Source: Thalassobaculaceae bacterium (lineage in GTDB: Bacteria; Pseudomonadota; Alphaproteobacteria; Thalassobaculales; Thalassobaculaceae). From it: a stretch of DNA of 64,000 bases. Shown one piece after another: positions 8,382-18,426 of this stretch. The position numbers and the translations under genes were made by a program. The notes under the pieces are model-generated. The model saw only the letters and a program-made list of their open reading frames with translations. It searched no databases and had not been told where the DNA came from. Numbering within the stretch: the stretch's first letter is position 1; each line of letters begins with the position of its first letter. Location of the stretch: positions 1,036,616-1,100,615 of the forward strand of contig OZ245843.1 in NCBI GenBank assembly GCA_965228875.1, written 5' to 3'.

Positions 8382-9629
8382 ATGTCGGCGGCCAGCAACC
8401 TGCGGATCAACGGCGACCGGCTGTGGGACAGCCTGATGGAGATGGCGAAGATCGGCCCCGGCATCGCAGGGGGAAACAATCGCCAGACCCTCACCGACGA
8501 GGATGCGGAGGGCCGGGCCCTGTTCCAGAAATGGTGCGAGGCCGAGGGCTGCACCATGGGCGTCGACAAGGCCGGCAACATGTTCTTCCGGCGCGAGGGC
8601 ACCGATCCCGCAGCACTCCCGGTCTATGTCGGCAGCCATCTCGACACCCAGCCGACCGGCGGTAAGTACGACGGCGTGCTCGGCGTTCTGGGCGCGCTTG
8701 AGGTCGTGCGCACGCTGAACGAGGCCGGGGTGAAGACCAAACACCCGATCGTCGTGGTCAACTGGACCAACGAGGAGGGGACCCGCTTCGCCCCGGCGAT
8801 GATGGCGTCGGGCGTGTTCGCCGGTATCCACACCCTCGACTGGGCCTATTCCCGCACCGACCGCGACGGCAAGACCTTCGGCGACGAGCTGAAGCGCATC
8901 GGCTGGGTCGGCGACGAGGAGGTGGGTGCGCGCAAGATGAAGGCCTTCTTCGAATTGCACATCGAGCAGGGCCCGATCCTGGAAGCCGAGGGCAAGGACA
9001 TCGGCGTCGTCACCCACGGGCAGGGCCTGAGCTGGCTGCAATTCACCGTTACCGGCAAGGAAAGCCACACCGGCTCCACGCCGATGCCGATGCGGGTCAA
9101 CGCCGGGCTCGGCATGGCGCGGATCACCCAGCTCGTCGACGAGATCGCCTGGAGCCACGAGCCCCATGCGGTCGGCGCCATCGGTCACTGCGAGGTCTAT
9201 CCGAACTCGCGCAACATCATTCCCGGCCGCGCGGTCTTCACGGTCGACTTCCGCTCGCCGGACAAGGCGGTGATCGAGGACATGGAGACCCGCCTGAAGG
9301 AAGGGGCGCAGAAGATCTGCGACGAGATCGGCCTGACCCTGGAAGTGGAGAAGGTCGGCGGATTCGATCCGGTCGAGTTCGACGACGGCTGCGTGACCAT
9401 GATCCGCGAGGCGGCCGAGCGGCTCGGCTACAGCCACCGCAACCTGGTTTCCGGCGCCGGTCACGACGCCTGCTGGATCAACCGGGTGGCGCCGACGGCG
9501 ATGGTCATGTGTCCCTGTGTCGACGGGCTGAGCCACAACGAGGCCGAGGAGATCTCCCCGGACTGGGCGCGGGCCGGCACCGAGGTGCTGTTCCAGGCGG
9601 TGGTCGAGGCGGCGGAGATCGTGACCTGA
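8382..9629 (+). CDS. Zn-dependent hydrolase, beta-ureidopropionase / N-carbamoyl-amino acid hydrolase (PydC-like)
   Basis: GSHLDTQPTGGKYDG, NWTNEEG, ELHIEQGP and SGAGHDA motifs. Confidence 0.92.
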   Translation: MSAASNLRINGDRLWDSLMEMAKIGPGIAGGNNRQTLTDEDAEGRALFQKWCEAEGCTMGVDKAGNMFFRREGTDPAALPVYVGSHLDTQPTGGKYDGVLGVLGALEVVRTLNEAGVKTKHPIVVVNWTNEEGTRFAPAMMASGVFAGIHTLDWAYSRTDRDGKTFGDELKRIGWVGDEEVGARKMKAFFELHIEQGPILEAEGKDIGVVTHGQGLSWLQFTVTGKESHTGSTPMPMRVNAGLGMARITQLVDEIAWSHEPHAVGAIGHCEVYPNSRNIIPGRAVFTVDFRSPDKAVIEDMETRLKEGAQKICDEIGLTLEVEKVGGFDPVEFDDGCVTMIREAAERLGYSHRNLVSGAGHDACWINRVAPTAMVMCPCVDGLSHNEAEEISPDWARAGTEVLFQAVVEAAEIVT

Positions 9630-9688
9630 CTGCCGCCGCGATCGGTGGGCGACGGTCGGCGGACTAGGACGGGGCAGAGGAGGAAAGA

Positions 9689-11146
9689 ATGGCGAGCAAG
9701 GTGATCAAGGGCGGGACCGTGGTGACTGCCGACCTGACGTTCGAAGCGGATGTCCTGGTCGAGGGGGGCAGGATCACGGCGGTGGGGCCGAACCTCTCCG
9801 GCGACGAGGTTCTGGACGCTGCCGGCTGCTACGTGATGCCGGGAGGGATCGACCCGCACACGCACATGGAAATGCCCTTCATGGGCACCTACTCGGCCGA
9901 CGATTTCGAGAGCGGTACCCGCGCCGGCCTGTCCGGCGGCACGACGATGGTCGTCGATTTCTGCCTGCCCGCGCCGGGGCAATCCCTGCTCGAGGCGATG
10001 CAGGCCTGGGACAACAAGTCCTCCAAGGCCTGTGCCGACTACTCCTTCCACATGGCGATCACCTGGTGGGGCGAGCAGGTCTGGAAGGAGATGGAGACCG
10101 TCGTCGATCGGGGCATCACCACCTTCAAGCACTTCATGGCCTACAAGGGCGCGCTGATGATCGACGACGACGAGATGTTCTCGTCGTTCCAGCGCTGCGC
10201 CGATCTCGGCGCCATGCCGCTCGTCCATGCCGAGAACGGTGACGTCGTCGCCCAGTTGCAGGCCAGGCTGATGGCCGACGGGAACACCGGGCCGGAGGCG
10301 CATGCCTACTCGCGCCCGCCCGAGGTCGAGGGAGAGGCGGCGAACCGCGCCATCATGATCGCCGATACCGCCGGCGTCCCGCTCTACATCGTTCACGTCT
10401 CCTGCGAGCAGGCCCACGAGGCGATCCGCCGGGCCCGGCAGAAGGGAATGCGGGTCTACGGCGAACCGCTGGTTCAGCACCTGGTGCTCGACGAGAGCGA
10501 GTACCAGCACCCGGACTGGGACCACGCCGCGCGTCGCGTGATGTCGCCGCCGTTCCGCTCCAAACTGCACCAGGATGGCCTCTGGGCCGGATTGGCCGCC
10601 GGGAGCCTTCAGGTGGTCGCGACCGACCACTGCGCCTTCACCACCGAGCAGAAGCGCTACGGCGTCGGCGACTTCACCAAGATCCCGAACGGGACGGGCG
10701 GGCTGGAGGATCGGCTGCCGGTGCTGTGGACCCGTGGGGTGAACGCCGGCCGGCTCACCATGAACGAGTTCGTGGCCGTGACCTCGACCAACATCGCCAA
10801 GATCCTGAACATGTACCCGCGCAAGGGCGCGATCCGCGAGGGCTCCGACGCCGATATCGTGGTCTGGGATCCCAAGCGCTCGAAGACGATCTCCGCCGAT
10901 AGCCAGCAGTCGGTGATCGACTACAACGTCTTCGAGGGGATCGAGGTCACCGGTCTGCCGCGCTACACCCTGACCCGCGGCGAGGTTGCCGTGGTCGAGA
11001 GCGAGGTCAAGGCGCGACCCGGCCATGGTGAGTTCGTCAAGCGGCCCTCCAACCCGGCGCCGAACCGGGCGCTGTCCACCTGGAAGGAGATCACCGCCCC
11101 GCGCAAGGTCATCCGCGATCCGGCCAACATGCCGGCCGGCGTCTGA
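9689..11146 (+). CDS. hydA: Dihydropyrimidinase
   Basis: PGGIDPHTH, FKHFMAYK, VHAENGD, VMSPPFR and TDHC motifs. Confidence 0.95.
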   Translation: MASKVIKGGTVVTADLTFEADVLVEGGRITAVGPNLSGDEVLDAAGCYVMPGGIDPHTHMEMPFMGTYSADDFESGTRAGLSGGTTMVVDFCLPAPGQSLLEAMQAWDNKSSKACADYSFHMAITWWGEQVWKEMETVVDRGITTFKHFMAYKGALMIDDDEMFSSFQRCADLGAMPLVHAENGDVVAQLQARLMADGNTGPEAHAYSRPPEVEGEAANRAIMIADTAGVPLYIVHVSCEQAHEAIRRARQKGMRVYGEPLVQHLVLDESEYQHPDWDHAARRVMSPPFRSKLHQDGLWAGLAAGSLQVVATDHCAFTTEQKRYGVGDFTKIPNGTGGLEDRLPVLWTRGVNAGRLTMNEFVAVTSTNIAKILNMYPRKGAIREGSDADIVVWDPKRSKTISADSQQSVIDYNVFEGIEVTGLPRYTLTRGEVAVVESEVKARPGHGEFVKRPSNPAPNRALSTWKEITAPRKVIRDPANMPAGV

Positions 11147-11238
11147 ACCGACTGTCGACGCGTCCCGGCCTCGCCCCGGGGCGTGCGGCCGCGTCGCAAC
11201 GTGTGCGACGCAATGAAAACGCCTGGGAGGGCGTCGCC

Positions 11239-12057
11239 TTGAACACAGCCGCGCCGTCTGGACCCCCTGCGACCGGACAGCCCGTGATCCGGGCCGAGCA
11301 CCTGGACCTGACGTTTCGGACAGGCGACGGCCCGGTCCACGCCCTGAGCGATGTGTCCCTGACCATCGAGAAGGGCGACTTCGTCTCCTTCATCGGCCCG
11401 TCCGGCTGCGGCAAGACCACCCTGCTGCGGGTGATCGCCGATCTGGAACAGCCGACCGGCGGGACGCTCACCGTCAACGGCGTGTCGCCGGAGCAGGCCC
11501 GTCTGGATCGCGCGTACGGCTATGTGTTCCAGGCGGCGGCGCTCTATCCCTGGAGGACCATCGCCCGAAATGTCGCGCTGCCGCTGGAGATCATGGGCTA
11601 TTCGAAGGCCGACCAGCGCGATCGGGTGGGGCGGACCCTGGATCTGGTCAATCTGACGGGTTTCGAGAACAAATTCCCCTGGCAGCTTTCCGGCGGCATG
11701 CAGCAGCGGGCCTCGATCGCCCGGGCGCTGGCCTTCGACGCCGACATCCTGCTGATGGACGAACCCTTCGGCGCGCTGGACGAGATCGTGCGCGACCATC
11801 TGAACGAGCAGCTTCTGCAGCTCTGGGCGCGGACGACCAAAACCATCGCCTTCGTCACCCATTCGATCCCCGAGGCGGTCTATCTCTCGACCAAGATCGT
11901 CGTCATGTCGCCGCGACCGGGACGGGTGACAGATGTGATCGAGAGCACGCTGCCGCGCGAACGGCCGCTCGACATCCGCGAGACACCGGAGTTCCTGGAG
12001 ATCGCCCATCGGGTGCGCGAAGGGCTGCGGGCCGGCCATTCCTACGAGGACGCCTAG
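11239..12057 (+). CDS. ABC transporter ATP-binding protein (NitT/TauT family)
   Basis: GPSGCGKT, LSGGMQQR and LLMDEPFGALD motifs; TTG start after a GGGAGG RBS. Confidence 0.92.
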   Translation: MNTAAPSGPPATGQPVIRAEHLDLTFRTGDGPVHALSDVSLTIEKGDFVSFIGPSGCGKTTLLRVIADLEQPTGGTLTVNGVSPEQARLDRAYGYVFQAAALYPWRTIARNVALPLEIMGYSKADQRDRVGRTLDLVNLTGFENKFPWQLSGGMQQRASIARALAFDADILLMDEPFGALDEIVRDHLNEQLLQLWARTTKTIAFVTHSIPEAVYLSTKIVVMSPRPGRVTDVIESTLPRERPLDIRETPEFLEIAHRVREGLRAGHSYEDA

Positions 12058-12058
12058 A

Positions 12059-12931
12059 ATGTCCGTCGGCGGCAGGGTCGTCCCCGTGCTGGTGGTCGTC
12101 GCCGCCATCGTCGCGGTCTGGTACGCGGCCACGGTCTGGCTCAACACCCCGTGGCAGCTCGGTGTCTACGAGCGCGAGGGCAGGGAGTGGAGCGTCGGCG
12201 CGCTGGTCCACGATACGATGGCGCAGGAGCGCCCGGTGCTGCCGGCGCCCCATCAGGTGGCGATCGAGATCTGGAAGACCACCGTCGAGAAGAAGATCAC
12301 CTCCAAGCGCAGTCTGGTCTACCACGCGTGGATCACCCTCTCGGCGACGCTGCTCGGCTTCGCCATCGGCACCGCGCTCGGCGTCGTCCTGGCGGTCGCG
12401 ATCGTCCATAACCGGGCGATGGACACCTCGGTCATGCCCTGGGTCATCGCCAGCCAGACGATCCCGATCCTGGCCATCGCGCCGATGATCATCGTCGTGC
12501 TGAACGCCATCGGCCTGTCCGGCCTGCTGCCCAAGGCGCTGATTTCCACCTATCTCAGCTTCTTCCCGGTCGTCGTCGGTATGGTGAAGGGGCTGCGGGC
12601 GCCGGAAGCGATCCAGTTCGACCTGCTGCGCACCTACAGCGCGTCGACCGCCCAGGTTTTCTGGAAGCTGCGCTGGCCGGGGTCGATGCCGTACCTGTTC
12701 GCGTCCATGAAGGTCGCCGTGGCGATCAGCCTGGTCGGTGCCATCGTCGGCGAGTTGCCGACCGGTGCGGTGGCGGGGCTCGGCGCGCGCCTGCTGGCGG
12801 GATCCTACTACGGGCAGACCATCCAGATCTGGTCGGCACTGTTCGCCGCCGCGGCGCTGGCGGCGACGCTGGTGGCCCTTGTCGGCGTCGCGAACGCCTA
12901 TGTGCTGCGGCGCATGGGGGGGCGGTCGTGA
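12059..12931 (+). CDS. ABC transporter permease (NitT/TauT family)
   Basis: Hydrophobic; SQTIPILAIAP, KLRWP..MPYLF, GAIVGE. Confidence 0.92.
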   Translation: MSVGGRVVPVLVVVAAIVAVWYAATVWLNTPWQLGVYEREGREWSVGALVHDTMAQERPVLPAPHQVAIEIWKTTVEKKITSKRSLVYHAWITLSATLLGFAIGTALGVVLAVAIVHNRAMDTSVMPWVIASQTIPILAIAPMIIVVLNAIGLSGLLPKALISTYLSFFPVVVGMVKGLRAPEAIQFDLLRTYSASTAQVFWKLRWPGSMPYLFASMKVAVAISLVGAIVGELPTGAVAGLGARLLAGSYYGQTIQIWSALFAAAALAATLVALVGVANAYVLRRMGGRS

Positions 12932-14013
12932 CCCGCTTGCAGGCCGGTTTGGGCGCCGCGGTCGGTGGGCTCGGCGTGCTCGGGATCGTTCTTCCGGTGT
13001 CGGCGGAAACCGGTCTGCTGGACATCCCGCTCCTGGCCCTGTTCGCGGCACTGGCGGTCCTGTCGCTGGCACGGTTCCATCGCACGCTGCCGATCGCCGT
13101 CGATGGCGTGCTGACCGGGTTGGCCGGCGTCGCGCTGGTGTCGGCGCTGGCCGCCATCGACCGGGGCGGCCCCGGATACTGGTGCCTGGCGGTCTCCGGC
13201 TGGCTCGTCGCCTGGCTGTTCGTCGAGCGCCTGACGGCGGCCGGGGTCGGCCGCAGATGGTCCGGCGTTCTGGTCCCGGTCCTGTTCGGCGTGACGTTGC
13301 TGGTGATGTGGGAACTGGTGACGCGCGGATTGAACGTGCCGCAGGTGCTGTTGCCGCCGCCCTCGGCGATCGGCGTCCGGTTCGCCGCCTCGCTGCCGAT
13401 CCTGTGGGCGGATTTCCAGCAGACCTTCCTGAAAGCGGTCCTGATCGGCTACGCGCTCGGTTGCGGCTCGGCCTTCCTGGCGGCCATCGCGATCGATCGT
13501 TCGCCCTTCTTGCAGCGCGGGCTGCTGCCGGTCGGCAACCTGGTGTCGGCCCTGCCGATCATCGGCATCGCGCCGATCATGGTGATGTGGTTCGGCTTCG
13601 ACTGGCCGTCGAAGGCCGCGGTGGTCGTGGTCATGACGTTCTTTCCGATGCTGGTGAACACCGTGGCCGGGCTGGCCGAGGCCGGGCGCATGGAGCGCGA
13701 TCTGATGCGCACCTACGCCGCCGGATACTGGCAGACGCTGATGAAGCTGCGACTGCCGGCGGCAGCGCCTTTCATCTTCAACGCGCTGAAGATCAACTCG
13801 ACCCTGGCGCTGATCGGCGCCATCGTCGCCGAGTTCTTCGGGACGCCCATCGTCGGCATGGGCTTTCGCATTTCCACCGAGGTCGGCCGGATGAACGTCG
13901 ACATGGTGTGGGCCGAGATCGCGGTCGCCGCTCTGGCGGGGTCCGCGTTCTTCGGTGCCGTCGCGCTGATCGAGCGCGCCGTCACCTTCTGGCATCCGTC
14001 CATCCGGCGCTGA
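12928..14013 (+). CDS. ABC transporter permease (NitT/TauT family)
   Basis: GTGA start/stop overlap; LPIIGIAP, KLRLPAAAPFIF, GAIVAEFFG. Confidence 0.9.
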   Translation: MTRLQAGLGAAVGGLGVLGIVLPVSAETGLLDIPLLALFAALAVLSLARFHRTLPIAVDGVLTGLAGVALVSALAAIDRGGPGYWCLAVSGWLVAWLFVERLTAAGVGRRWSGVLVPVLFGVTLLVMWELVTRGLNVPQVLLPPPSAIGVRFAASLPILWADFQQTFLKAVLIGYALGCGSAFLAAIAIDRSPFLQRGLLPVGNLVSALPIIGIAPIMVMWFGFDWPSKAAVVVVMTFFPMLVNTVAGLAEAGRMERDLMRTYAAGYWQTLMKLRLPAAAPFIFNALKINSTLALIGAIVAEFFGTPIVGMGFRISTEVGRMNVDMVWAEIAVAALAGSAFFGAVALIERAVTFWHPSIRR

Positions 14014-14108
14014 CGGGCCGGGCGAGGGGAGCCGACGCAACCGATCCGAACGGTCCCGGAGGGCCGGGCGGTGAATCGGCCGCGATGACGAGAACAGGGA
14101 GCACAGAC

Positions 14109-15095
14109 ATGCATAGACTGATTGCAGGAACGGTCATGGGGGCGATCGGCCTGGTCGCGTCCCAGGCGATGGCGGCGGACGAGGTGACGCTGCAGCTCAA
14201 GTGGGTGACCCAGGCGCAGTTCGCCGGCTACTACGTGGCCGCCGACAAGGGCTTCTACGAGGAAGAGAACCTCGACGTCACCATCAAGCCGGGCGGCCCG
14301 GACATCGCTCCGCCGCAGGTGATCGCGGGCGGTGGCGCCGACGTCATCATCGACTGGATGCCGTCGGCTCTCGCCAGCCGCGAGAAGGGTGTGCCGCTGG
14401 TCAACATCGCGCAGCCGTTCAAGAGCTCGGGCATGATGCTGACCTGTCGTAAGGACACCGGCATCACCTCGCCCGACGACTTCAAGGGCAAGACCCTGGG
14501 CGTCTGGTTCTACGGCAACGAGTATCCGTTCCTGTCCTGGATGTCGCATCTCGGCATTCCGACGGACGGATCCGACGGCGGCGTCACCGTGCTGAAGCAG
14601 GGCTTCAACGTCGACCCGCTGCTGCAGAAGCAGGCCGATTGCGTCTCCACCATGACCTATAACGAGTATTGGCAGGTGATCGACGCCGGTCTCACCCCGG
14701 ACGACCTGGTGGTGTTCAAGTACCAGGACCAGGGGGTGGCGACGCTGGAGGACGGGCTCTACGTGCTCGAGGAGAACCTCAAGGACGCCGCTTTCGCCGA
14801 AAAGATGGTCCGCTTCGTGCGCGCCTCCATGAAAGGCTGGAAATACGCCGAGGCGAACCCCGACGAGGCGGCCGAGATCGTGCTCGACAACGACGCGACG
14901 GGTGCCCAGACGGAGAAGCACCAGAAGCGGATGATGGGCGAGATCGCCAAGCTGACCGCCGGGTCCAACGGCGCGCTCGATCCGGCCGACTACGAGCGGA
15001 CGGTCGACACCCTGCTGAAGGGCGGTTCCGATCCGGTCATCACCAAGCAGCCGGAAGGTGCGTGGACCCACGCCATCACCGACAAGGCGCTCTGA
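14109..15095 (+). CDS. ABC transporter substrate-binding protein (NMT1/THI5-like, pyrimidine uptake)
   Basis: Signal peptide then LQLKWVTQAQFAGYY and GVWFYGNEYPF. Confidence 0.92.
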   Translation: MHRLIAGTVMGAIGLVASQAMAADEVTLQLKWVTQAQFAGYYVAADKGFYEEENLDVTIKPGGPDIAPPQVIAGGGADVIIDWMPSALASREKGVPLVNIAQPFKSSGMMLTCRKDTGITSPDDFKGKTLGVWFYGNEYPFLSWMSHLGIPTDGSDGGVTVLKQGFNVDPLLQKQADCVSTMTYNEYWQVIDAGLTPDDLVVFKYQDQGVATLEDGLYVLEENLKDAAFAEKMVRFVRASMKGWKYAEANPDEAAEIVLDNDATGAQTEKHQKRMMGEIAKLTAGSNGALDPADYERTVDTLLKGGSDPVITKQPEGAWTHAITDKAL

Positions 15096-15195
15096 TGCCA
15101 ACAGTGTCCGGCCCGGCGACGACCGGGTCGGACATCCATCCTGCCCTCCTCCTGAGAGCCATGGCGTTGCGGGCTCGGCGTCTGAAGGGGGTTCT

Positions 15196-16395
15196 ATGAC
15201 GGTCGCGCCGCCGCCCCGTAGTTTCCCGTCCCCTCGAGGTTTCCCGCCAGAGGAGTTCGAGGCCCGCCTCGGCCGGGCCCAGGCCCTGATGGCGCACCGG
15301 GGCTTCGGCGCGCTCCTGCTGACGACCGAACCGGACATCTGCTGGTTCACGGGCTTCCTGACCCAGTTCTGGCTGAGCCCGACCCGTCCCTGGTTCCTGG
15401 TGGTGCCGGCGACTGGAAAACCGGTTGCCGTGATCCCGAGTATCGGCGCCGAGGCGATGGGGCGAACCTGGATCGACGATATCCGGACCTGGCCGTCGCC
15501 GCGTCCGCGGGACGACGGCATCTCGCTGCTGGCGGAGGCCTTACGCGATGCCGTCGGCGAGGGGGGCACGATCGGCCTGCCCATGGGGCCGGAAAGTCAT
15601 CTCCGTCTGCCGCTTGCCGACTATGCTGCGGTGCGCGCCGACCTCGCGGACCGCGTCTGGGCCGACGCGGCGTCGGTCATGCGCACCCTGCGCCAGGTCA
15701 AGTCCGAGCGCGAGATCGCCAAGATCGCCGAGGCGTGCCGGATCGCCTGCGACGCGTTCGACCGGATGCCCGAGATCGCCGGTGCCGGGATGACCGAACT
15801 GGAGGTGTTCCGCGCCTTCAGGATCGCCTGCCTTGAGGCCGGCGCCGACGACGTCGACTATCTGGTCGGCGGTGCCGGCCCCGGCGGATACGGCGACATC
15901 ATCTCGCCGCCCGGTGACCGCCGGCTGCAGCCGGGCGACGTGCTCATTCTGGACGTCGGCGTGGTGCACGACGGTTACTATTGCGACTTCGACCGCAACT
16001 TCTCCGTCGGTCCGGCCTCGTCGGCGGTCGCGCGGGCGTACGAGACCGTGTGGCAGGCGACGGAGACGGGGCTGGCCATGGCGCGGGCCGGCGTCACCTG
16101 CGCGGAGCTGTTTCGGGCGATGGACGGGGTGCTGCGCCCCCATGCCGACCTGTCGGCCGGCGGCGAAGTGGGCCGGTTGGGTCATGGGCTGGGCATGGTT
16201 CTGACCGAGTTCCCCTCGATCGCCGCCTGGGACGAGACGGGGCTGGAGCCTGGCATGGTCATGACACTGGAGCCAGGGATGGCGACGGCGCCGGGCCGGA
16301 TGATGGTGCACGAGGAGAACGTCGCGATCACCGATGGCGTCGCGCGGTTGCTGACCCGGCGGGCGCCACCCCGGATCCCGGTCCTCAGCGGCTGA
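15196..16395 (+). CDS. M24 (Xaa-Pro peptidase/creatinase-fold) hydrolase
   Basis: VKSEREI, DVG..DGYYCDFDR, GHGLG, TLEPG and HEEN metal-ligand motifs. Confidence 0.88.
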   Translation: MTVAPPPRSFPSPRGFPPEEFEARLGRAQALMAHRGFGALLLTTEPDICWFTGFLTQFWLSPTRPWFLVVPATGKPVAVIPSIGAEAMGRTWIDDIRTWPSPRPRDDGISLLAEALRDAVGEGGTIGLPMGPESHLRLPLADYAAVRADLADRVWADAASVMRTLRQVKSEREIAKIAEACRIACDAFDRMPEIAGAGMTELEVFRAFRIACLEAGADDVDYLVGGAGPGGYGDIISPPGDRRLQPGDVLILDVGVVHDGYYCDFDRNFSVGPASSAVARAYETVWQATETGLAMARAGVTCAELFRAMDGVLRPHADLSAGGEVGRLGHGLGMVLTEFPSIAAWDETGLEPGMVMTLEPGMATAPGRMMVHEENVAITDGVARLLTRRAPPRIPVLSG

Positions 16396-16533
16396 CCGGT
16401 CGAGCGACCGGGCCTTGGACGGTCGCCGCTTGAGCGCAGACCCGGCGGGCCGCATCCTGGCCGCATCGCGATCCGGAACACCGAAGCCGGTTGCTCCGGT
16501 GCGCGCGGGCGATTTGAAGAAGGAGGCGTGGCG

Positions 16534-17331
16534 ATGACCCTGACGTTCGAAACCGACGACGGGATCGGCTCCCGGGCCACGCTTGGCCTGATCGTGCTGA
16601 AGACCGACGAGACCATCGAGCCCGAGTTTCGCACCTTCCTGCCGCAGGAGGGCGTGGCGCTCTATCACAGCCGGGTCCTGAGCGATGCCGACGTCACGCC
16701 GGAGACCCTGGCGCGGATGCGCGACGAGATCCCGCGCGCGGCGGGGCTGCTGCCTGAAACCGCGCCTTTCGACGTGATCGGCTACGGCTGCACGTCCGGC
16801 GCCACGGTGATCGGCCCTGACGGGGTCGCGGCGGGCGTCCGGCGCCATTTCCCGCATGCGCAGGTGAGCGAACCGCTGTCGGCTGCCCGGGCCGCTTTCG
16901 CCGCCCTCGGTCTGCGGCGGATCGCGTTGCTGTCGCCCTATGTCGAGACGGTGTCCCGCGCCTTGCGGGCGGGGTTCGAGCAATCGGGCACGGAGATCGC
17001 GGCCTTCGCCAGCTTCAACGAAGGCCGCGAGAGCGTTGTGGCGCGGATGACACCGCGTTCGCTGCTGGCGGCAATCGAGCAGACGGTGGCCGGACGCGCC
17101 GACATCGACGGGGTATTCATGTCCTGCACCAACCTGCGGATGGCCCCCGTGATCGCCGAGGCGGAACGACGGACGGGAATTCCGGTGCTGGCCAGCAACC
17201 AGGTCCTCGCGTGGCACATGCTGCGACTTGCGGGGATCGGGGATGCGGCGGCCGGGGGCGGTCGACTTTTCGAGCAGGGTCTCGACCGAGGTGCGGGCGT
17301 GCGTGTTCCGGGCAGTGCCGCCGGAGATTGA
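16534..17331 (+). CDS. Asp/Glu racemase / maleate isomerase family protein (EutA-like)
   Basis: DETIE, GYGCTSG and SCTNL (both catalytic Cys), SNQ; AGGAGG RBS. Confidence 0.87.
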   Translation: MTLTFETDDGIGSRATLGLIVLKTDETIEPEFRTFLPQEGVALYHSRVLSDADVTPETLARMRDEIPRAAGLLPETAPFDVIGYGCTSGATVIGPDGVAAGVRRHFPHAQVSEPLSAARAAFAALGLRRIALLSPYVETVSRALRAGFEQSGTEIAAFASFNEGRESVVARMTPRSLLAAIEQTVAGRADIDGVFMSCTNLRMAPVIAEAERRTGIPVLASNQVLAWHMLRLAGIGDAAAGGGRLFEQGLDRGAGVRVPGSAAGD

Positions 17332-17402
17332 TCCAACGCAAAGCCGGCATGGCGGGATGGAGGCTAGAAAGGGGCGGCATCGGGTGACGTGAAAGGCCTG
17401 AC

Positions 17403-18407
17403 ATGCGTGTGGTTCTCGCTCTCGCCGTCCTTTTCGCCGTCCTCGGCGGCGGTTACTGGGCGCTCGACGCCGCAGGACGGCCGGAGGTCCGCCTCGTCCT
17501 GCCGGAACGGGGGACAGCCGTGCGCGCGGTCTATGCCACCGGTGTCGTCGAGCCCGAGTCCTGGGCGGCCGTCGCCCCGCTGGAGAGCGGTCGGCTGGTC
17601 GAGATCCTGGCCGAGGAAACGACCTACGTTATCGCCGGCGATCCGCTGGCCCGGCTGGACGACGTCGAAGCCAGTGCCGTCATCGAGGAACTGGAGGCGC
17701 GCCGGGGGTTCCTGAAGACCGAGGTGCGACGGACCCGCGAGCTGTTGTCGCGCAGCATCATCAGCGAGAAGGCGCACCAGCAGGCGACCAGCGAACTGCG
17801 GGAGGTCTCGGCGGCGATCGCCGGCGCGCGGGCGCGCCTCGACAACCTGACGCTGCGTGCGCCGGTCTCCGGCATGGTCCTGCGCCGCGACGGCGAGGTC
17901 GGCGAGGTGGTCGACCGGGGAACGCCGGTCTTCTGGGTGGGGGCGCCGCGCCCTCTGCAGATCGAGGCGGTGGTCGACGAGGAGGATATACCCAGGGTCC
18001 AGCGGGGCCAGGCGGTGCTGGTGAAGGCGGACGCCTTCCCGGGCCAGGCGCTGACCGGCTCCGTGCGCCAGATCACGCCGAAGGGCGATCCGGTGAACAA
18101 GAGCTTCCGGGTGCATATCGGTCTGCCGGACGACACGCCGCTGATGATCGGCATGACCACGGAAACAAACATCGTCATCGAGGAGCGCCCGAACGCGCTG
18201 CTGGTTCCCTCGGCCGCCGTGCGCGCCGCGGCGGTCTGGACGGTCGAGGACGGAAGGGCGATGGCGCTGCCTGTCGAGATCGGGGTGACCGGGCAGTTGC
18301 AGACCGAAATTCTCTCCGGACTGGAGGACGGCCGGCGCGTCATTGCCGATCCGCCGCCCGGTCTCGCGGCAGGCGACCGGGTGTCGGTCGCCGATCCGCA
18401 GAGTTGA
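17403..18407 (+). CDS. Periplasmic adaptor subunit (MacA/HlyD family)
   Basis: N-terminal TM, lipoyl halves (GRLVEI..GDPLARLD; LRAPVSGMV), coiled-coil hairpin. Confidence 0.9.
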   Translation: MRVVLALAVLFAVLGGGYWALDAAGRPEVRLVLPERGTAVRAVYATGVVEPESWAAVAPLESGRLVEILAEETTYVIAGDPLARLDDVEASAVIEELEARRGFLKTEVRRTRELLSRSIISEKAHQQATSELREVSAAIAGARARLDNLTLRAPVSGMVLRRDGEVGEVVDRGTPVFWVGAPRPLQIEAVVDEEDIPRVQRGQAVLVKADAFPGQALTGSVRQITPKGDPVNKSFRVHIGLPDDTPLMIGMTTETNIVIEERPNALLVPSAAVRAAAVWTVEDGRAMALPVEIGVTGQLQTEILSGLEDGRRVIADPPPGLAAGDRVSVADPQS

Positions 18408-18426
18408 TGGGCAGAGTTGATCCGCC

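Noticed and set aside
12738..15095. Apparent long fusion ORFs (785 aa here; also 41929-44247, 4603-6639 and 56445-57863)
   Set aside because: N-terminal extensions are out-of-frame overlaps of neighbouring genes; true starts lie downstream
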